Part shown: positions 47,093 to 47,882 of the stretch, piece by piece
Layout of the letters: each line of letters starts with the position of its first letter
Numbering within the stretch: the stretch's first letter is position 1
NCBI GenBank assembly: GCA_020048755.1
Contig: JAIFMD010000153.1
Span: 1 to 47,882 of the forward strand
Length of the DNA: 47,882 nt
Source: Spirochaetota bacterium
GTDB taxonomy: Bacteria > Spirochaetota > Spirochaetia > Treponematales > UBA12059
Direction: 5' to 3'
Notes under the pieces: model-generated
The model's database searches: none
What the model saw: only the letters and a program-made list of their open reading frames with translations
Told to the model about the DNA's origin: nothing
Position numbers and translations under genes: made by a program

Positions 47093-47145
47093 TAGCGGCG
47101 GGGGGGATTGAACCCTCGACACAACGGATATGAGCCGTTTGCTCT
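47093..47145 (-). tRNA. 5'-truncated tRNA with CAT anticodon (elongator Met-like); positions 21-73 only
   Basis: Minus strand A-GAGC-A-AACGG-CTCATAT-CCGTT-GTGTC-GAGGG-TTCAATC-CCCCC-CGCCGCT-A gives the D-stem 3' strand, a perfect anticodon arm, a 5-nt variable loop, a T-arm (one mismatch), the acceptor 3' strand and discriminator A. No 5' acceptor or D strand, no CCA. Confidence 0.8.
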
Positions 47146-47150
47146 CGGAC

Positions 47151-47179
47151 TTTATACAGAACGCAGGGCTTTTTGTCAA
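47151..47179 (-). promoter_or_regulatory. Near-consensus sigma70 promoter driving the tRNA-like element
   Basis: TTGACA (47179-47174), 17 nt, TATAAA (47156-47151). Confidence 0.8.
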
Positions 47180-47882
47180 CCGCCGGTACCGGGAAAGCCT
47201 TTGGACTCGACACGCCGGTTACGACCTGCAATGGTTACCAATCCGTCCAGGGCCAGATTCGGCATGAAAAGTCCGTAACCTGCCTCAGCCATGACCACCC
47301 TGCCGGTATCATCGCCGGTTCCTATCACCGTCACAGGCACACCCAGTTCGGCAGTCATCAACTCGACAAGTCGGCGCACCAGGCCCCCATACCCCAGAAG
47401 TATGCCAGACTGGAGCGCCTGTGCGGTATTGCGGCCTATGGCGCGCCGGGGCTGATCCAGGCGGATTTCAGGGATCTGGGCTGCCGAGGCACGCAACGAC
47501 CTGGCCGCGGTCTCAAGGCCTGGTGCTATGGATGCGCCAAGCAACTCGCCAGACTGGTCGATTGCCGAAAGGACCAGTGCCGCACCAAAATCCACGATGA
47601 TGCAGGCTCCGGCATGGGTGGCTGTTGCGGCAACGGCCGAACAGACGATATCACTCCCCAGTTCAGAGGGCGTATCAGTGCGTATCTTGAGGCCAGTCTT
47701 GATACCCGGCCCTACAACTGACGCAGCAATGCCAAAAGTCGAGGATATTGCCGCGACGATGCGGGGTGTGAGGGCCGGTACGACGCTCGATATCCAGGCT
47801 TCGGCAAGCCCGAGTTCTGCGCCAAAGCCAGCACGCCGCGCGCTGGCCTCCAGCAGGATGCCGAGTTCATCAGCACTCCGGT
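47176..47882 (-). CDS. coaX: Type III pantothenate kinase (5' end outside the window)
   Basis: Frame open to the window edge: RSADELG, ISSVVP, ELGSD, IIVDFGAA, G.SIAPG, IGRNT..ALQSG, TG, L.LDGL. Confidence 0.88.
   Translation of the reverse strand, partial: RSADELGILLEASARRAGFGAELGLAEAWISSVVPALTPRIVAAISSTFGIAASVVGPGIKTGLKIRTDTPSELGSDIVCSAVAATATHAGACIIVDFGAALVLSAIDQSGELLGASIAPGLETAARSLRASAAQIPEIRLDQPRRAIGRNTAQALQSGILLGYGGLVRRLVELMTAELGVPVTVIGTGDDTGRVVMAEAGYGLFMPNLALDGLVTIAGRNRRVESKGFPGTGG

Noticed and set aside
47093-47145. Prophage or genomic island attachment site
   Set aside because: No integrase, no second copy in the window and no compositional shift; both flanks are housekeeping genes. 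Not fully excluded without the rest of the genome.
47040-47231. N-terminal extension of ORF 46794-47231
   Set aside because: It overlaps the coaX end, a promoter, the tRNA-like sequence and a terminator; an SD-led TTG at 47039 is more plausible.

Overview
GC-rich chromosomal segment, almost certainly from a spirochete (Treponema/Spirochaeta-like): two FlaB-type core flagellins, flaG, a long fliD and several spirochete-style hypothetical proteins. About 40 CDS, mostly housekeeping: cell envelope (class B PBP, LepB, MtgA, two LysM/M23 peptidases), tRNA and RNA metabolism (tsaD, tsaE, tsaB, ybaK, pcnB, PIN-PhoH), metabolism (kbl, manA, GH57 branching enzyme, type III PanK), an RpoS-like sigma factor and c-di-GMP proteins (PilZ, HD-GYP). 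No integrase, transposase or CRISPR array was seen. The most unusual items are non-coding. (1) A tRNA-Met(CAT)-like sequence at 47093-47145 lacks positions 1-20, yet starts at the predicted +1 of a near-consensus sigma70 promoter and has its own terminator. (2) A sigma28-type promoter, an NlpD-like gene, an unannotated 40-aa membrane peptide, a terminator, a sigma54-type promoter and an rpoS-like gene lie in one cassette. (3) Both flagellins have structured, GGA-rich leaders. (4) Three different palindromic or REP/MITE-like elements are present. (5) Several genes look leaderless. All calls come from motif reading by eye; no database search was run.
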